A stretch of DNA of 64,000 bases from Trueperaceae bacterium (GTDB taxonomy: Bacteria; Deinococcota; Deinococci; Deinococcales; Trueperaceae). The number at the start of each line of letters is the position of its first letter. Within the stretch, counting starts at the first letter, position 1. Where the stretch lies: assembly GCA_034521815.1 (NCBI GenBank), contig JAXHLW010000012.1, positions 64,001-128,000 of the forward strand, in the 5' to 3' direction. Of the stretch, positions 39,011-48,607 are shown piece by piece. The translations under genes and the position numbers were made by a program. Below the pieces are notes generated by a model. That model had not been told where the DNA came from. It made no database searches and saw only the letters and a list, made by a program, of their open reading frames with translations.

Positions 39011-39795
39011 TCAGCCGTCCAGCAGCCCGCTGGCGCGGGCGAGCAGCGCGATGAGGTTCATCTCCGGGAGCGGCGCCAGGTCGGCGATCGTCACCGCGTC
39101 CAGGAAACGGTGACGCCCGGGCGCGTCCAGCCGGCCCAGGGCGGCCACCGCCGCATCGTCGTTCGGGTAGGCGGCCATCTTCGCGGCCATCGAGACGCGC
39201 AGGCCCTCCGCCCAGAGGTAGGTCGCTTGCCGGGACAGCATCAGCCCGTGCCGCGGCGCCTGCGGGGCCCCCTCGTCCGCGACGTAGAACGTCGCGCCGT
39301 GCCCGTCGCGAACGCCGGTGGCGTAGGCGTAGTTGTGCAGGCAGGCGACGGACTCGAAGTGCAGCGCCTCGCTGGCCGCCGTCGCCGGCATCGTCCGCCA
39401 AGCGGAGCTGCGCGTAGGTGCGCTCGCGGAAGCCGGGGGGTAGCGCGCCGCCCTCGGGCGTCGCGATCGTCATGCCGCAGAACGCGCAGCGGCCCTCCTG
39501 CCACGGAATGTCGGCGGCCGGCAGGACGTCCGGTCCGATCGGGTGACCGGCGCCCATCGACATTGCGGCCTGGTCGGCGTCTTGCCCGTGGCTCATCTGC
39601 GCCAGCGCGGCGCCGCTCAGGAGCGGTGCGGCCAGGAACGGTGCGGCCAGGAACGGTGCGGCCAGGAACGGTGCGGCCGCTCCCGCCTTGGCGAGGGTGA
39701 GGAGGAAACGGCGGCGCTCGGGGACGTGGCTGTCGGGGCAGTGACGGTCGGAGCCGTGGCGGTCGGGTGCTGCGGGGATCGTCGGATCGGGTCAT
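39011..39795 (-). CDS. Second NosL-like protein (Tat signal), two frameshifts
   Basis: ERRRFLLT..(AAPFL)n..ALA, CAFCGMTI, HFESVACL, VSMAAKMAAY. Confidence 0.7.
39618..39677. repeat. 15-bp tandem repeat x4 within a signal peptide
   Basis: CAGGA(A/G)CGGTGCGGC x4, read as AAPFL x3 plus AAPLL on the minus strand. Confidence 0.95.
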
Positions 39796-40262
39796 GCGGG
39801 GCCTCCCGTTCGAGCAGCGGGATCAGCGACTCGGAGCGCGTGCTGCGACGGTCGGTCGGGCGAGCGAGCTCGATCGTCGGCTCGAGACGTCGCAGTCCGT
39901 CGACGCGCCGCGTCAGGCGGCGGCGTCGACGCGGACCAGCGACCGGCTGGGAGGCGCCACGCGCCCATCGCGACGACGCGGTCTTCGCCACAGGCATCGG
40001 CGCTTGCGACCGGTCGCGCGGATCGGCGCCACCAGCGATCGCTGGCTCTTCGAGACGGACCTGGGGCGCCGGAGCCACGATCTGCACCGCCCCGAGCTGG
40101 ACGATGCGGGCGTGCAGCGCAGGAACGCAGCCGTCGTCCGGGACGTCCGCCAGCACCGCGCCGTACCCCGGAGCGAGCAGCAGCGCGATCGCGAGGTGGA
40201 GTGGAAGCAGCAGGCGGAGCGCCGAGCCGCACCGCATCCGTCCGCACGGCGTCAGTCCGCAT
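39792..40262 (-). CDS. Hypothetical exported protein inside the nos-like operon, probably frameshifted
   Basis: Overlaps both neighbours; hydrophobic LLLPLHLAIALLLAPGYGAVLA then DDGCVPALHAR in an alternative frame. Confidence 0.4.
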   Translation of the reverse strand: MRTDAVRTDAVRLGAPPAASTPPRDRAAARSGVRRGAGGRPGRRLRSCAARPHRPARGGADRGSGAPGPSRRASDRWWRRSARPVASADACGEDRVVAMGAWRLPAGRWSASTPPPDAARRRTATSRADDRARSPDRPSQHALRVADPAARTGGPA

Positions 40263-41082
40263 CGTCGCCCTCCAGCACGGCCTTCAGCCTGGGACCGGGT
40301 CGCCGCCGGACGGCGCCGCCGCCGGGAACCTCGACCGGCCGACCGGTCGTCACGGACTCCAGCACGAACAGCTCGGAGACGGGCCACCGCCCCAGCACGC
40401 GTCCCCCGCGCATCAGCAGCGCCTCGTGCGCGAACGCCTCGACCTCCTCGGGCCGGTGCGCGCTGGTGACGACGGTGCCGCCGGCGGCGAGGTGATCGTC
40501 GACCCAGGCGGCCAGCCGCGCCAGGCCGCCGGCGTCCAGCGCCGACGCCGGCTCGTCCAGCAGCCATAGCGGCGGCGCGCCGATCAGGCCTGCGGCCAGC
40601 GCCAGCCGTTGTCGCATGCCGCCCGACAGGCGGGCGACGCGCAGGTCCAGCACCTCGCCGAGGCCCATCCGGTCGGCTGCGACGCGCACGGCGTCCGGAC
40701 CTTGCGTCCGTGCGCGCGCCGCGGCCGCCAGGACCTCCCAGCCGCGAAGGTGGACGGGCAGATCGATCCGTTGCGGGACGTAGGCGCGCAACGCCGCGGC
40801 GCCCGGCCGACGCGGCCCGACGCCCAGGATCCGGACGTGGCCGCGGCGGGGCCGGAGCCGTCCGGCCAGGACGTGCAGCAGGCTGGACTTGCCGGCGCCG
40901 TTGGCGCCGATCAGCGCCAGCGCGCCCGGCTCGAGGCGGAGGCTCACCTCACGTAGCCGACCCGGCACCGAGACGTCGTCGATCGCGATCACCGGATCGG
41001 CGTGCCCGCTGCCGGGTCTTGCCGCGACGCCGTGGTCCAGCCCGCCCGAGGGACGCTCGTTCCGACTCGGATGCGGCTTCAC
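40252..41082 (-). CDS. ABC transporter ATP-binding protein (NosF-like)
   Basis: GANGAGKSS, LSGGMRQR, LLDEP, SAH. Confidence 0.88.
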   Translation of the reverse strand: MKPHPSRNERPSGGLDHGVAARPGSGHADPVIAIDDVSVPGRLREVSLRLEPGALALIGANGAGKSSLLHVLAGRLRPRRGHVRILGVGPRRPGAAALRAYVPQRIDLPVHLRGWEVLAAAARARTQGPDAVRVAADRMGLGEVLDLRVARLSGGMRQRLALAAGLIGAPPLWLLDEPASALDAGGLARLAAWVDDHLAAGGTVVTSAHRPEEVEAFAHEALLMRGGRVLGRWPVSELFVLESVTTGRPVEVPGGGAVRRRPGPRLKAVLEGDDAD

Positions 41083-42620
41083 GAGCGGACTCCGCCTGCG
41101 CCCGACGTTCGTCTCGCGAGGACCGACCGGACGGAACCTGCGACGATCGAAGCGACACCGATCATCGCGGCGATCGCGACGACCAGGACGGAGGACGCGA
41201 TCCCAGGCGCCGACGCCGGTCGTTCTCCGGAACGGGCGACCGGCCGGGGGGCCGGATCGTGGAGGGTGGCCATCCGCAACGCCGGGACGCTGGCCTCGGC
41301 CGCCTCCCAGAGCGTCACGCCCGGGCTCAGTGCGAACAGCGACAGGTCCGGGGTCCGGCTGGTCAGCAGCGCGAACGAGGAGGTGGGCAGGTAGGGCACG
41401 TCCGAGATCCCGTCGCCGTCCCGGTCCAGCCGGGAGGCCGCGTCGAACGCGTTCCCCTCGAGGCGCACGGAGGCGTCGGGGTCGTCCACCGCGACGTCCG
41501 CGACGTTGCCGGTGAAGCGGTTGCCGCGCAGACGGACGGCGCTGGCCGTGGCGTCCGGCGTGCGGCGCACCAGCAGGCCGGTGCCCGAGCCCGAGATCTC
41601 GACGTTCTCGATCGACGACGCCGGACGCCGAGACCACCATCGCGCCGATCGTGTTGCCGTGCAGGGCGCCGCCGCGAACGGTCGCGCCCGGCCATCTCCT
41701 GCACCAGCAGGCCGTACGCCAGCGGGCCTTCGTGTCCCTCGAAGCGGTTGCGCTCCAGCAGCGCGTCGCGGCCGTACATCACCGCGGAGCCGACGCCGCC
41801 GTTCTGGACGACGCTGTCCCGCACCCGCAGGCCGGCGCTGAACATGACGTGGAGGCCGTACCTCCGGGCGCCGTCGACGACGGCGCCGTCGATGCGGACG
41901 TCGTCGCTGCGCTCGATGTAGAGCCCGTCGAGGAACCCGTCGATCCGCACGCCGCCGAGCGTCAGCCGGTCCGCGTGGTAGGCGGTCAGGCCGGGACCGC
42001 TCGGTGCGTGGGCGAGTCGTTCGTCGGCGCGCGCGTCGGATCGGTGCGTCGTGCCCCGGAGAGACGTGCGCCCTCGATCCGCACGTCGCTCGAGTCCTCG
42101 ATCCGGAGGCCGGCGGGCGTGCCGGCCGCGTCGAGGTCGGTCAGCCGGCAGCCGTCGCAGCCCAGGAGCCAGGCGGCGGCGTCGGGGGCGTACAGATCGG
42201 CGACCGAGCCGGCGTCGCGGACGCTCAGCCCGTGCACCTCGATGCCCGGCGCGGCCAGGATCAGCGCCGATCCGTCCGCGGGTCCGTGCAGCTCCGCGCC
42301 GGCCGCGTCGACGCGGACGTCCTGCGGCGTCGATCTCCCACGGCCCGGCGTACCGTCCCGGAGCCAGGTGGACCTGGTCGCCCGCGGCCAGCGTGGGCCA
42401 CGGGTCGCCGGGACGCAGCTCGTGCAGGGTGGGGTCGACGATCGCCGGTCGGGTACGAGGGGCGGAGCGCTCTGCGCCGAGGCGCGCGTCGCGAGTCGCA
42501 GCCGAGCGCGCAGGAGCAGCGCGAGAGGAGCAGTGCCGAGAAGCGACCGCCAGGTGCGACCTGCGGCCGACCAGTGGTCGCGAGGTGCGAAGGCGCTGAC
42601 GCTCGCATCGGCGCGTGCAT
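41079..42620 (-). CDS. nosD: NosD family right-handed beta-helix protein, multiple frameshifts
   Basis: DGLYIERS, RYGLHVMFS, GSAVMYG, YGLLVQE, GNRFTGN, DRDGDGISDVPY, D..P, C-terminal TM; start approximate. Confidence 0.82.
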
Positions 42621-42665
42621 GGGCGTCTACTCTATCCGGTGGCGCGGACGCTCGCGGCCGAGCCA

Positions 42666-43412
42666 TCAGCCGCCGATCAGCACCTGGAACGCCACCATCG
42701 CGATGCCTGCCAGGGTGAGCGCCGTCGCGACCTGCTCCTTCGGCGCCATCTTGATCGCGTCGGGCACCAGCTCGGACTGCGCCATCCAGATCATCGCGCC
42801 CGCGGCGAGCCCCAGCCCGACGGGCAGGATCGGCTCGAACACCTGCACGAACAGGAACGCGGGCACCGCCATGAGCGGCTGGGGCAGGCTGGAGAACACG
42901 CTCCACCACGCCGCTCGCCAGACCGGCACCCCGCGGGGGACCATCGACAGGCTGATGGCCAGGCCTTCCGGGACGTTGTGAACGGCGATCGCGAGGCTGA
43001 TGAACACGCCGAACGTCATGGTGCTTCCGAACGACACGCCGACGCCGATCCCTTCGGCGAACGAGTGGGCGGTCATCACGCCCAGGATCAGCAGCGCCTT
43101 GCGGGCCGAGGCCCCATCGAGCTCGGCGACGGAGATCTCGTTGTCGCGTGACAGCAGCTTCTGGCTCGCGACGATCGCGGCCAGGCCGATCAGCATCCCG
43201 ATCACGGTGCGCGGCATCGAGATGTTCAGCCCCTCGCGGACCAGCTGGAAGCTGGCGGCCAGCATCAGCCCGGCGGCGGCGCCGTTGGCGAGCCCCATCC
43301 ACTTGTCGGGCACACGGCCGAACGCCAGCAGCGGCAAGGCCCCCAGGCCGGTCGCCAGGGCGGTGAGCAAGGCGTAGAGGAACACGATGACGACGGGGGG
43401 CAGGTCGGCCAT
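42666..43412 (-). CDS. ZIP family metal transporter
   Basis: TALATGLGALP, AAGLMLAAS, MTAHSFAEG, AIAVHNVPEG, SSLPQP, ELVPDA. Confidence 0.92.
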   Translation of the reverse strand: MADLPPVVIVFLYALLTALATGLGALPLLAFGRVPDKWMGLANGAAAGLMLAASFQLVREGLNISMPRTVIGMLIGLAAIVASQKLLSRDNEISVAELDGASARKALLILGVMTAHSFAEGIGVGVSFGSTMTFGVFISLAIAVHNVPEGLAISLSMVPRGVPVWRAAWWSVFSSLPQPLMAVPAFLFVQVFEPILPVGLGLAAGAMIWMAQSELVPDAIKMAPKEQVATALTLAGIAMVAFQVLIGG

Positions 43413-43462
43413 GGACGAAGGCTAGCCCAACGGCGCGAGACGCGCCAGGGCCACGCGACAAG

Positions 43463-44296
43463 CTAGATCGCGTGCTTCGCGATGAACTCGTACAGCGGCA
43501 GGCTCGCTTCCAGCAGCGGCTTCAGCCGCTCGGGGAACGGCTCGTCGCTGGGGCGGTACGGCTCGAACCCGGTCGAGCGGTGCACGTTCGCGTACCAGTG
43601 CCGCGCCCACACGCCGTCCTCGGGCTTCGGGCCGGCGGGCCACGACAGCATCGCCGGCTCCCAGGCGATCCCCCACGCTTCGCACGCGCGCTTCAGCACG
43701 CCCTCCGGATCGCGGAGCAGTCGGGTGGCGTCCAGCACGACCGGCGTGCGGCCCTCGGAGAGCTCGCGCGAGAGCAGCGCCGCCTGCTCGCCGAGCCCGG
43801 TGTCGGCCAGCGTCGGCTCGGGCATCTTCTTCGCCAGCGAGGGCAGCATCTCGTGCGGATCGCGCGTGAGCAGGGCGTGCTCCAGGTGGCGCAGGAAGCC
43901 CGGGCTCAGCACCCGCATGTGGTGCGCCATGTTCTTGTACACCCGCAGCGTCGTGCCGGGCGGGATCTCTCCCGGCCGGCCACGCTGGGCGTAGCCGGTC
44001 GTGCCCGGTCCCGCGGGCGGCGCGTCGCCCAGCAGGGTCCGCTCGACCACCCGCTGGCCGACGGTGTCCATCGCGTCCAGGACCTCGTCTCGGCCGGGGT
44101 GATCGACCGCGGCGTGGGTCGCGAGGTAGTGGCCGTAGAGCGGCTCGTCGAAGACGACGGCGTCGCTGCGTTGCCGGAACGCGTACATCAGCGCCGTCGA
44201 GACGTTGCGCGGTCCCGACCAGATCGACAGGCGCCGGACGGCTGGGTCGGGGGGCCGCTGCGCGTCGAGGCGAAGGTCGATCGGCTCGGCGCTCAC
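43463..44296 (-). CDS. Sulfotransferase-like protein of the type associated with class IV aminotransferases
   Basis: WSGPRNVSTALMYAFRQR.D..VFDEPLY, KNMAHH, MLSWPAGPKPEDGVWA.HWY..VHRSTGF. Confidence 0.85.
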   Translation of the reverse strand: MSAEPIDLRLDAQRPPDPAVRRLSIWSGPRNVSTALMYAFRQRSDAVVFDEPLYGHYLATHAAVDHPGRDEVLDAMDTVGQRVVERTLLGDAPPAGPGTTGYAQRGRPGEIPPGTTLRVYKNMAHHMRVLSPGFLRHLEHALLTRDPHEMLPSLAKKMPEPTLADTGLGEQAALLSRELSEGRTPVVLDATRLLRDPEGVLKRACEAWGIAWEPAMLSWPAGPKPEDGVWARHWYANVHRSTGFEPYRPSDEPFPERLKPLLEASLPLYEFIAKHAI

Positions 44297-45228
44297 GCGG
44301 CGCCCTCGGCGGCCATCAGCTCGCGGTAGCGGGCGCTCAGCCGCGCCGTGACGGGTCCGGGCACGGGCCCGCCGCCGATGACGCGTCCGTCCACCTCCGT
44401 CACCGGCGTCAGCCCGCCGAACGTGCCGGTCACGAACGCCTCGTCCGCGTCGTACACCTCGGTGAGCGAGAAGTCGCGCTCCCGGGCGGGCACGCCCAGG
44501 TCCCGCGCGATCTCGAGAACCAGGGCGCGGGTGATGCCGTTCATGCAGTACTGGCCGGTCGAGGTCCACACCTCGCCGCGCCGGACGACGAAGAAGTTCG
44601 TCGCGTTGCAGGTCGCGACGAAGCCGCGCGGATCCAGCATCAGCGCCTCGTCCGCGCCGGCGTGGATCGCTTGGACCAGGGCCACGACCTCGTGCAGCTT
44701 GCTGTGACAGTTCAGCTTCGGGTCCAGCGTGTCGGGCGGTGGGCGGCGCGTCGCGGAGGTGGCCAGCCGGACGCCGGCGTTCGTGACGTCGGGATCGGCC
44801 TGCTTGTGCTCGGCGATGATCACGATCGTCGGGCCAGAGGTCACCAGTCGCGGATCCTGCGACGGCGTCTTCTTCACGCCGCGACTGACCATCAGCCGCA
44901 GGTGGCAGCCGTCCGTCATGCCGTTCGCGTCGACCGTCTCGCGCAGCGCGGCGTGCAGCTCGTCACGGCTCTTGCCGATGGTCAGACCGATCGCGGCGGC
45001 GCCCTGGAACAGCCGGTCCAGGTGACGGTCCAGGTGCGCGAGGCGACCGTTCACCAGGCGCAGCCCTTCCCAGACGCCGTCGCCGACCAGGAACGCCGAG
45101 TCGAACACGGACACCTTCGCCTGGTCGCGGGGCAGCAGCTCGCCGTCGATCCAGACGAGCACGTTCTCGTTGCGGGGGTCGGGCAGCGCCTGGTGCGTGC
45201 CGCGAGAGGAGGATGGTGTCGTGGACAT
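44293..45228 (-). CDS. Class IV (BCAT-like) aminotransferase
   Basis: AKVSVFDSAFLVGDGVWEGLR, ADEALMLD..G, ATNFF, GITR, EAFVTGT. Confidence 0.92.
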   Translation of the reverse strand: MSTTPSSSRGTHQALPDPRNENVLVWIDGELLPRDQAKVSVFDSAFLVGDGVWEGLRLVNGRLAHLDRHLDRLFQGAAAIGLTIGKSRDELHAALRETVDANGMTDGCHLRLMVSRGVKKTPSQDPRLVTSGPTIVIIAEHKQADPDVTNAGVRLATSATRRPPPDTLDPKLNCHSKLHEVVALVQAIHAGADEALMLDPRGFVATCNATNFFVVRRGEVWTSTGQYCMNGITRALVLEIARDLGVPARERDFSLTEVYDADEAFVTGTFGGLTPVTEVDGRVIGGGPVPGPVTARLSARYRELMAAEGAA

Positions 45229-45286
45229 GCGGGCAGCATGGCACGCCCTTCTGTCCCGCAGCGCCGCTCGCGCGGTCATCGGCCGC

Positions 45287-46096
45287 TCAGCGATCCGCGC
45301 GGAGCCGCGCATCGGCGTCGGCCACGTTCAGCACCAGCCGCTCGACGCGGAAGTCCGCCCAGGGACGGGCCTCGTCCATCCACTGCACCAGCGCCACGGT
45401 CGCCGTCGGCTGGTCGTCCACCTCGCCCCACGATCCGGCCCGGCTCAGCCACAGCGTCTTGTCCGTCGCGTCCGCTCCCTTGTAGCGCATCGCTTCGAGC
45501 AGCACCAGCTGTCCGCTGGCGGGGTCGAACCGGGCGACGAACGTCTCGGTGACGGCGCCGTACGGAACCCGGAGCAGCGCCGTGGCGTCGTTCACCGGCT
45601 CCCACCTGGCGCGAGGGTCGGTGAGCAGCGCGGCGGGGAACCACATCGCCTCGGCCCACAGCGCCAGGTTCGCCCCCTGGTTCACCGTCGGCCCCTCCTC
45701 GACGCCGAACGGCAGCTCCAGCCGTCCGACCCCGTCGATGTAGCGCTCGTCGACGCGGAGGAGCGGCAGACCGAACCAGCTGGTGACGATCTCGTGGCGG
45801 TACGCGTTCCCCACGTCGTGCACGAAGCGCCAGCGCGCCGGCAGCGTCACGCCCGCCACGCGCAGGGTGGCGCGGCCGGACAGCAGGACGGTCTCGATGA
45901 CGGGGACGCGGTCGCCGTACAGGCCGCGGTAGAAGCGCTCGACCGGTACCGGAAGGTTCTTCGGGAGCGGCACGTAGCTCGTCTCCGTCGTCGGCGTGCG
46001 CTCGCGCGGGAACGGGGCCGGACGGACCTGAAGCCCGCCCCAGCCCGCCAGCAGCAGCAGGCCCAGCGCGACCGTCAAGCCGAGGATCCAGTTCAC
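45287..46096 (-). CDS. Conserved membrane-anchored protein (DUF6544-like)
   Basis: N-terminal TM, LPVPVERFY, NLALWAEAMWFPAAL, WEPV.D..A, AMRY. Confidence 0.65.
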   Translation of the reverse strand: MNWILGLTVALGLLLLAGWGGLQVRPAPFPRERTPTTETSYVPLPKNLPVPVERFYRGLYGDRVPVIETVLLSGRATLRVAGVTLPARWRFVHDVGNAYRHEIVTSWFGLPLLRVDERYIDGVGRLELPFGVEEGPTVNQGANLALWAEAMWFPAALLTDPRARWEPVNDATALLRVPYGAVTETFVARFDPASGQLVLLEAMRYKGADATDKTLWLSRAGSWGEVDDQPTATVALVQWMDEARPWADFRVERLVLNVADADARLRADR

Positions 46097-46285
46097 CGTG
46101 ACTCCCTTCGCGGCACGCACCGGCCGAGCCAACACGCTCATCGTGGCGGCGATCCCCGCTGCGTTCAAGGGTCGGATGCCCTTGCTCGCACCGGGCCAGC
46201 GGCTGCGCGAACGCTACAGGCTCCAGCGAGGGCGTGCCAGCGCGAATCACGGCCAGCGGCAGGCGGTGCGCCGCCTGCGACCATG

Positions 46286-47362
46286 TCAGGGAAGCTCCTC
46301 GAACGGCACCTCGACCGAAAACGGCCCCGACGCGTAGGGCCCCACCTCGTAGGGAGCGTAGTCGAACCGCAGGCCGGTCGGACCGACCGTGAACGGCTCC
46401 AGCAGCCAGGGAGTGGCCCCGTCCACCTCGCCGTCCAGCGTCCAGGCGGCCTGGCGCGCGCGCAGCTCGGCGATGACGCGGGCTCGCAGGGCCGCCTCGT
46501 CGCACGGTCGGTCCAGCACCTCGAGCGCGCCGCATACGTCGACCCGGGTCCAGACCGAACCGTCCCACGCCACGTTCAAGGACGCGTACCGAAGGTTCGG
46601 ATGCGCCCCGCCGGCATAGGCGTGGACGTCGGTCCGAGCGCTGACCAGCTCGGGCGACAGGCTGACGATCTCGGTGCGGCGCACCTCCCACCACTGCCCG
46701 CTCACCGACCGGGGCCGCTCGGCGCGCGCCGTCAGGCCGGCGACGACCGACTCGGCCGTGACCGCCGGATCGTCGTGCAGCGGCAACGTCCGCCACGGAT
46801 CGGCGTAGAAGAACGGTGCGGACGCGCTCACCTCGAACGAGCCGTCGTCCAGCTCGGCTCGCAGCGCATAACGCGTGCCGATCGCGGAGAGGGTCGTCTC
46901 CCAGCGGGCCGCGCCCCGCAGCGGTCCGACCTCGATGCGCGCCTCGCCGAACGGGTCGGGCGGGCCCGCGGCGCTCGGCGCGCCGTCCTGGGCGCTGCGC
47001 GCGGCGTCCGCCGCGATCGCCAGCGTCACGGTGGCACCGTCGGCGTCGGTGGCGACGGCCTCCAGGCGCAGGCGGTCGGCCGTCTCGGCGTGCCTGTCGT
47101 CCGGCCTCTCGGCGCGCGCGTCGTTCGCGGCATCGATCTCCGCCTCGAACGCGAGCTCGAGCCCGCCCAGCTGGCCCGGCCGAGCGGGACCGTGCAGCAG
47201 CCGACCGCGAGCGAGGGCGGCCTCCGGCGTCCAATCGAGCTCGAGGACGACGGTCCGGCCGTCCGGATCCTGGCCGACGTACCAGACCGTTTCGGCGTGG
47301 GCCGCGCCCAGCCAAGCCAGCGCGACGAGGACGAGCGGGAAAAGGCTGCGGGTGCGGAGCAT
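46286..47362 (-). CDS. Secreted protein with a DUF4163/DUF3298 (RsiV-like) C-terminus
   Basis: Signal peptide; YAGGAHPN, GLRFDYAPYEVGPYASG...V.VPF..L. Confidence 0.78.
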   Translation of the reverse strand: MLRTRSLFPLVLVALAWLGAAHAETVWYVGQDPDGRTVVLELDWTPEAALARGRLLHGPARPGQLGGLELAFEAEIDAANDARAERPDDRHAETADRLRLEAVATDADGATVTLAIAADAARSAQDGAPSAAGPPDPFGEARIEVGPLRGAARWETTLSAIGTRYALRAELDDGSFEVSASAPFFYADPWRTLPLHDDPAVTAESVVAGLTARAERPRSVSGQWWEVRRTEIVSLSPELVSARTDVHAYAGGAHPNLRYASLNVAWDGSVWTRVDVCGALEVLDRPCDEAALRARVIAELRARQAAWTLDGEVDGATPWLLEPFTVGPTGLRFDYAPYEVGPYASGPFSVEVPFEELP

Positions 47363-47437
47363 GCCCCGTGCTACCACGGCGTGCTCCCGCTCACGACGGG
47401 CGGCTGCCAGCGTCCGTGCGTGGCGGTCGCCCGTTCC

Positions 47438-48607
47438 TCAGCCGTCGCTGCGGCCGTAGCGACGCAGCACCTCGACCAGACGGTCGTGCGGCAGCGCCGG
47501 GAACGTCGCCCCGCCGACGCCGGTCATCGGCCGGGCCGCGACCAGCGCGTTCACGATCGCCTCCTCGGTCGCCTCGACCGCCGCCTGGTACGCCGGGTCC
47601 AGCGTCTCCGTCGGGAGCGACTCGAAGCGACGCAGCGCCGGATCGCCGTAGCGCGCGCGGTTCGCGGTCGAGAACGCCAGGAACAGGTCGCCCGAGCTGG
47701 GAGCGGCGATGCTGCCGACGCGGCCCAGCCCCAAGGAGGCGCGCTTGGCCAGCGACGTCGCCTGCGAGGGGAGCAGCGGCGCGTCGGTCGCGAGGATCAC
47801 CACGATCGAGCCGTCGCCGTTCGGGTCGGCCTGGGCGGCGCCCGGCGCGGTCTCCGTCGCTCCTGGCGTCGCCTCCGCCGCCTGCGGATCGAACGGGACC
47901 GGCTCGCGCAGCTCGCGGCCCACCGGCGCGCCGGCGATCCGCAGCTGGCGGCGCGTGCCGAAGTTGGCCTGCACCAACGCGCCCAGCACGAAGCGGCCCG
48001 AGCGGTGGACGACGCGGCGCGACGCGGTGCCGATCCCCGCCTTGAACCCGAACGAGGTCGAGCCCGTCCCGCCGCCCACGTTTCCTTCCGTGACCGGCCC
48101 GGAGCCGGCGTCGTCCAAGGCGCGCCAGGCGTCCTGGGCGGTGACGTGCTGGCCGTAGACGTCGCTGAGCCGCCCGTCCCAGGTCTCGCTCACGACCGGC
48201 TTGGTGCGGCCACGCACCACCATCGCGTCGCGGCAGCGCTGGCGAGACCAGGCGATCAGGGCGTCGCGAACCACGCCGACCGACAGGGTGTTGGTGATCG
48301 CCATCGGCCCGTACAGCACGCCGTACTCGTCCAGGAAAGCGCTGCCCGTCATCTCGCCCATGCCGTTCAGGACGAAGCGGCCGGCGGTCACGCCCTCCTC
48401 GGCGTCGCGGCCCGCAGGGTGGATCGCCGTCACGCCGGTCCGGAGCACCGGGCCGCCGGACGGGTCGTCGTGTCGCCCGGCGATCAGGGTGCGGTGGCCG
48501 ACCTCGACGCCCGGTACGTCGGTGATCGCGTTCCAGCGCCCCGGCGTGCCGTCGAACGGGACGCCCAGGTCGCGGGCACGCGGGCGCCGCGTAGGCGCGT
48601 CCGTCAC
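47438..48607 (-). CDS. P1/DmpA family aminopeptidase
   Basis: RPRARDLG, NAITDVPGVEVGH, EGNVGGGTG, GIGTASR, VQANFG, DGSIVVILATDAPL, SGDLFLAFST. Confidence 0.92.
   Translation of the reverse strand: MTDAPTRRPRARDLGVPFDGTPGRWNAITDVPGVEVGHRTLIAGRHDDPSGGPVLRTGVTAIHPAGRDAEEGVTAGRFVLNGMGEMTGSAFLDEYGVLYGPMAITNTLSVGVVRDALIAWSRQRCRDAMVVRGRTKPVVSETWDGRLSDVYGQHVTAQDAWRALDDAGSGPVTEGNVGGGTGSTSFGFKAGIGTASRRVVHRSGRFVLGALVQANFGTRRQLRIAGAPVGRELREPVPFDPQAAEATPGATETAPGAAQADPNGDGSIVVILATDAPLLPSQATSLAKRASLGLGRVGSIAAPSSGDLFLAFSTANRARYGDPALRRFESLPTETLDPAYQAAVEATEEAIVNALVAARPMTGVGGATFPALPHDRLVEVLRRYGRSDG

Noticed and set aside
39618-39677. Repeat arrays as possible CRISPR
   Set aside because: Head-to-tail 15-mers with no spacers and no cas genes.
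37739-42620. Evidence for N2O respiration
   Set aside because: No nosZ in the window; accessory genes alone do not show the capacity.
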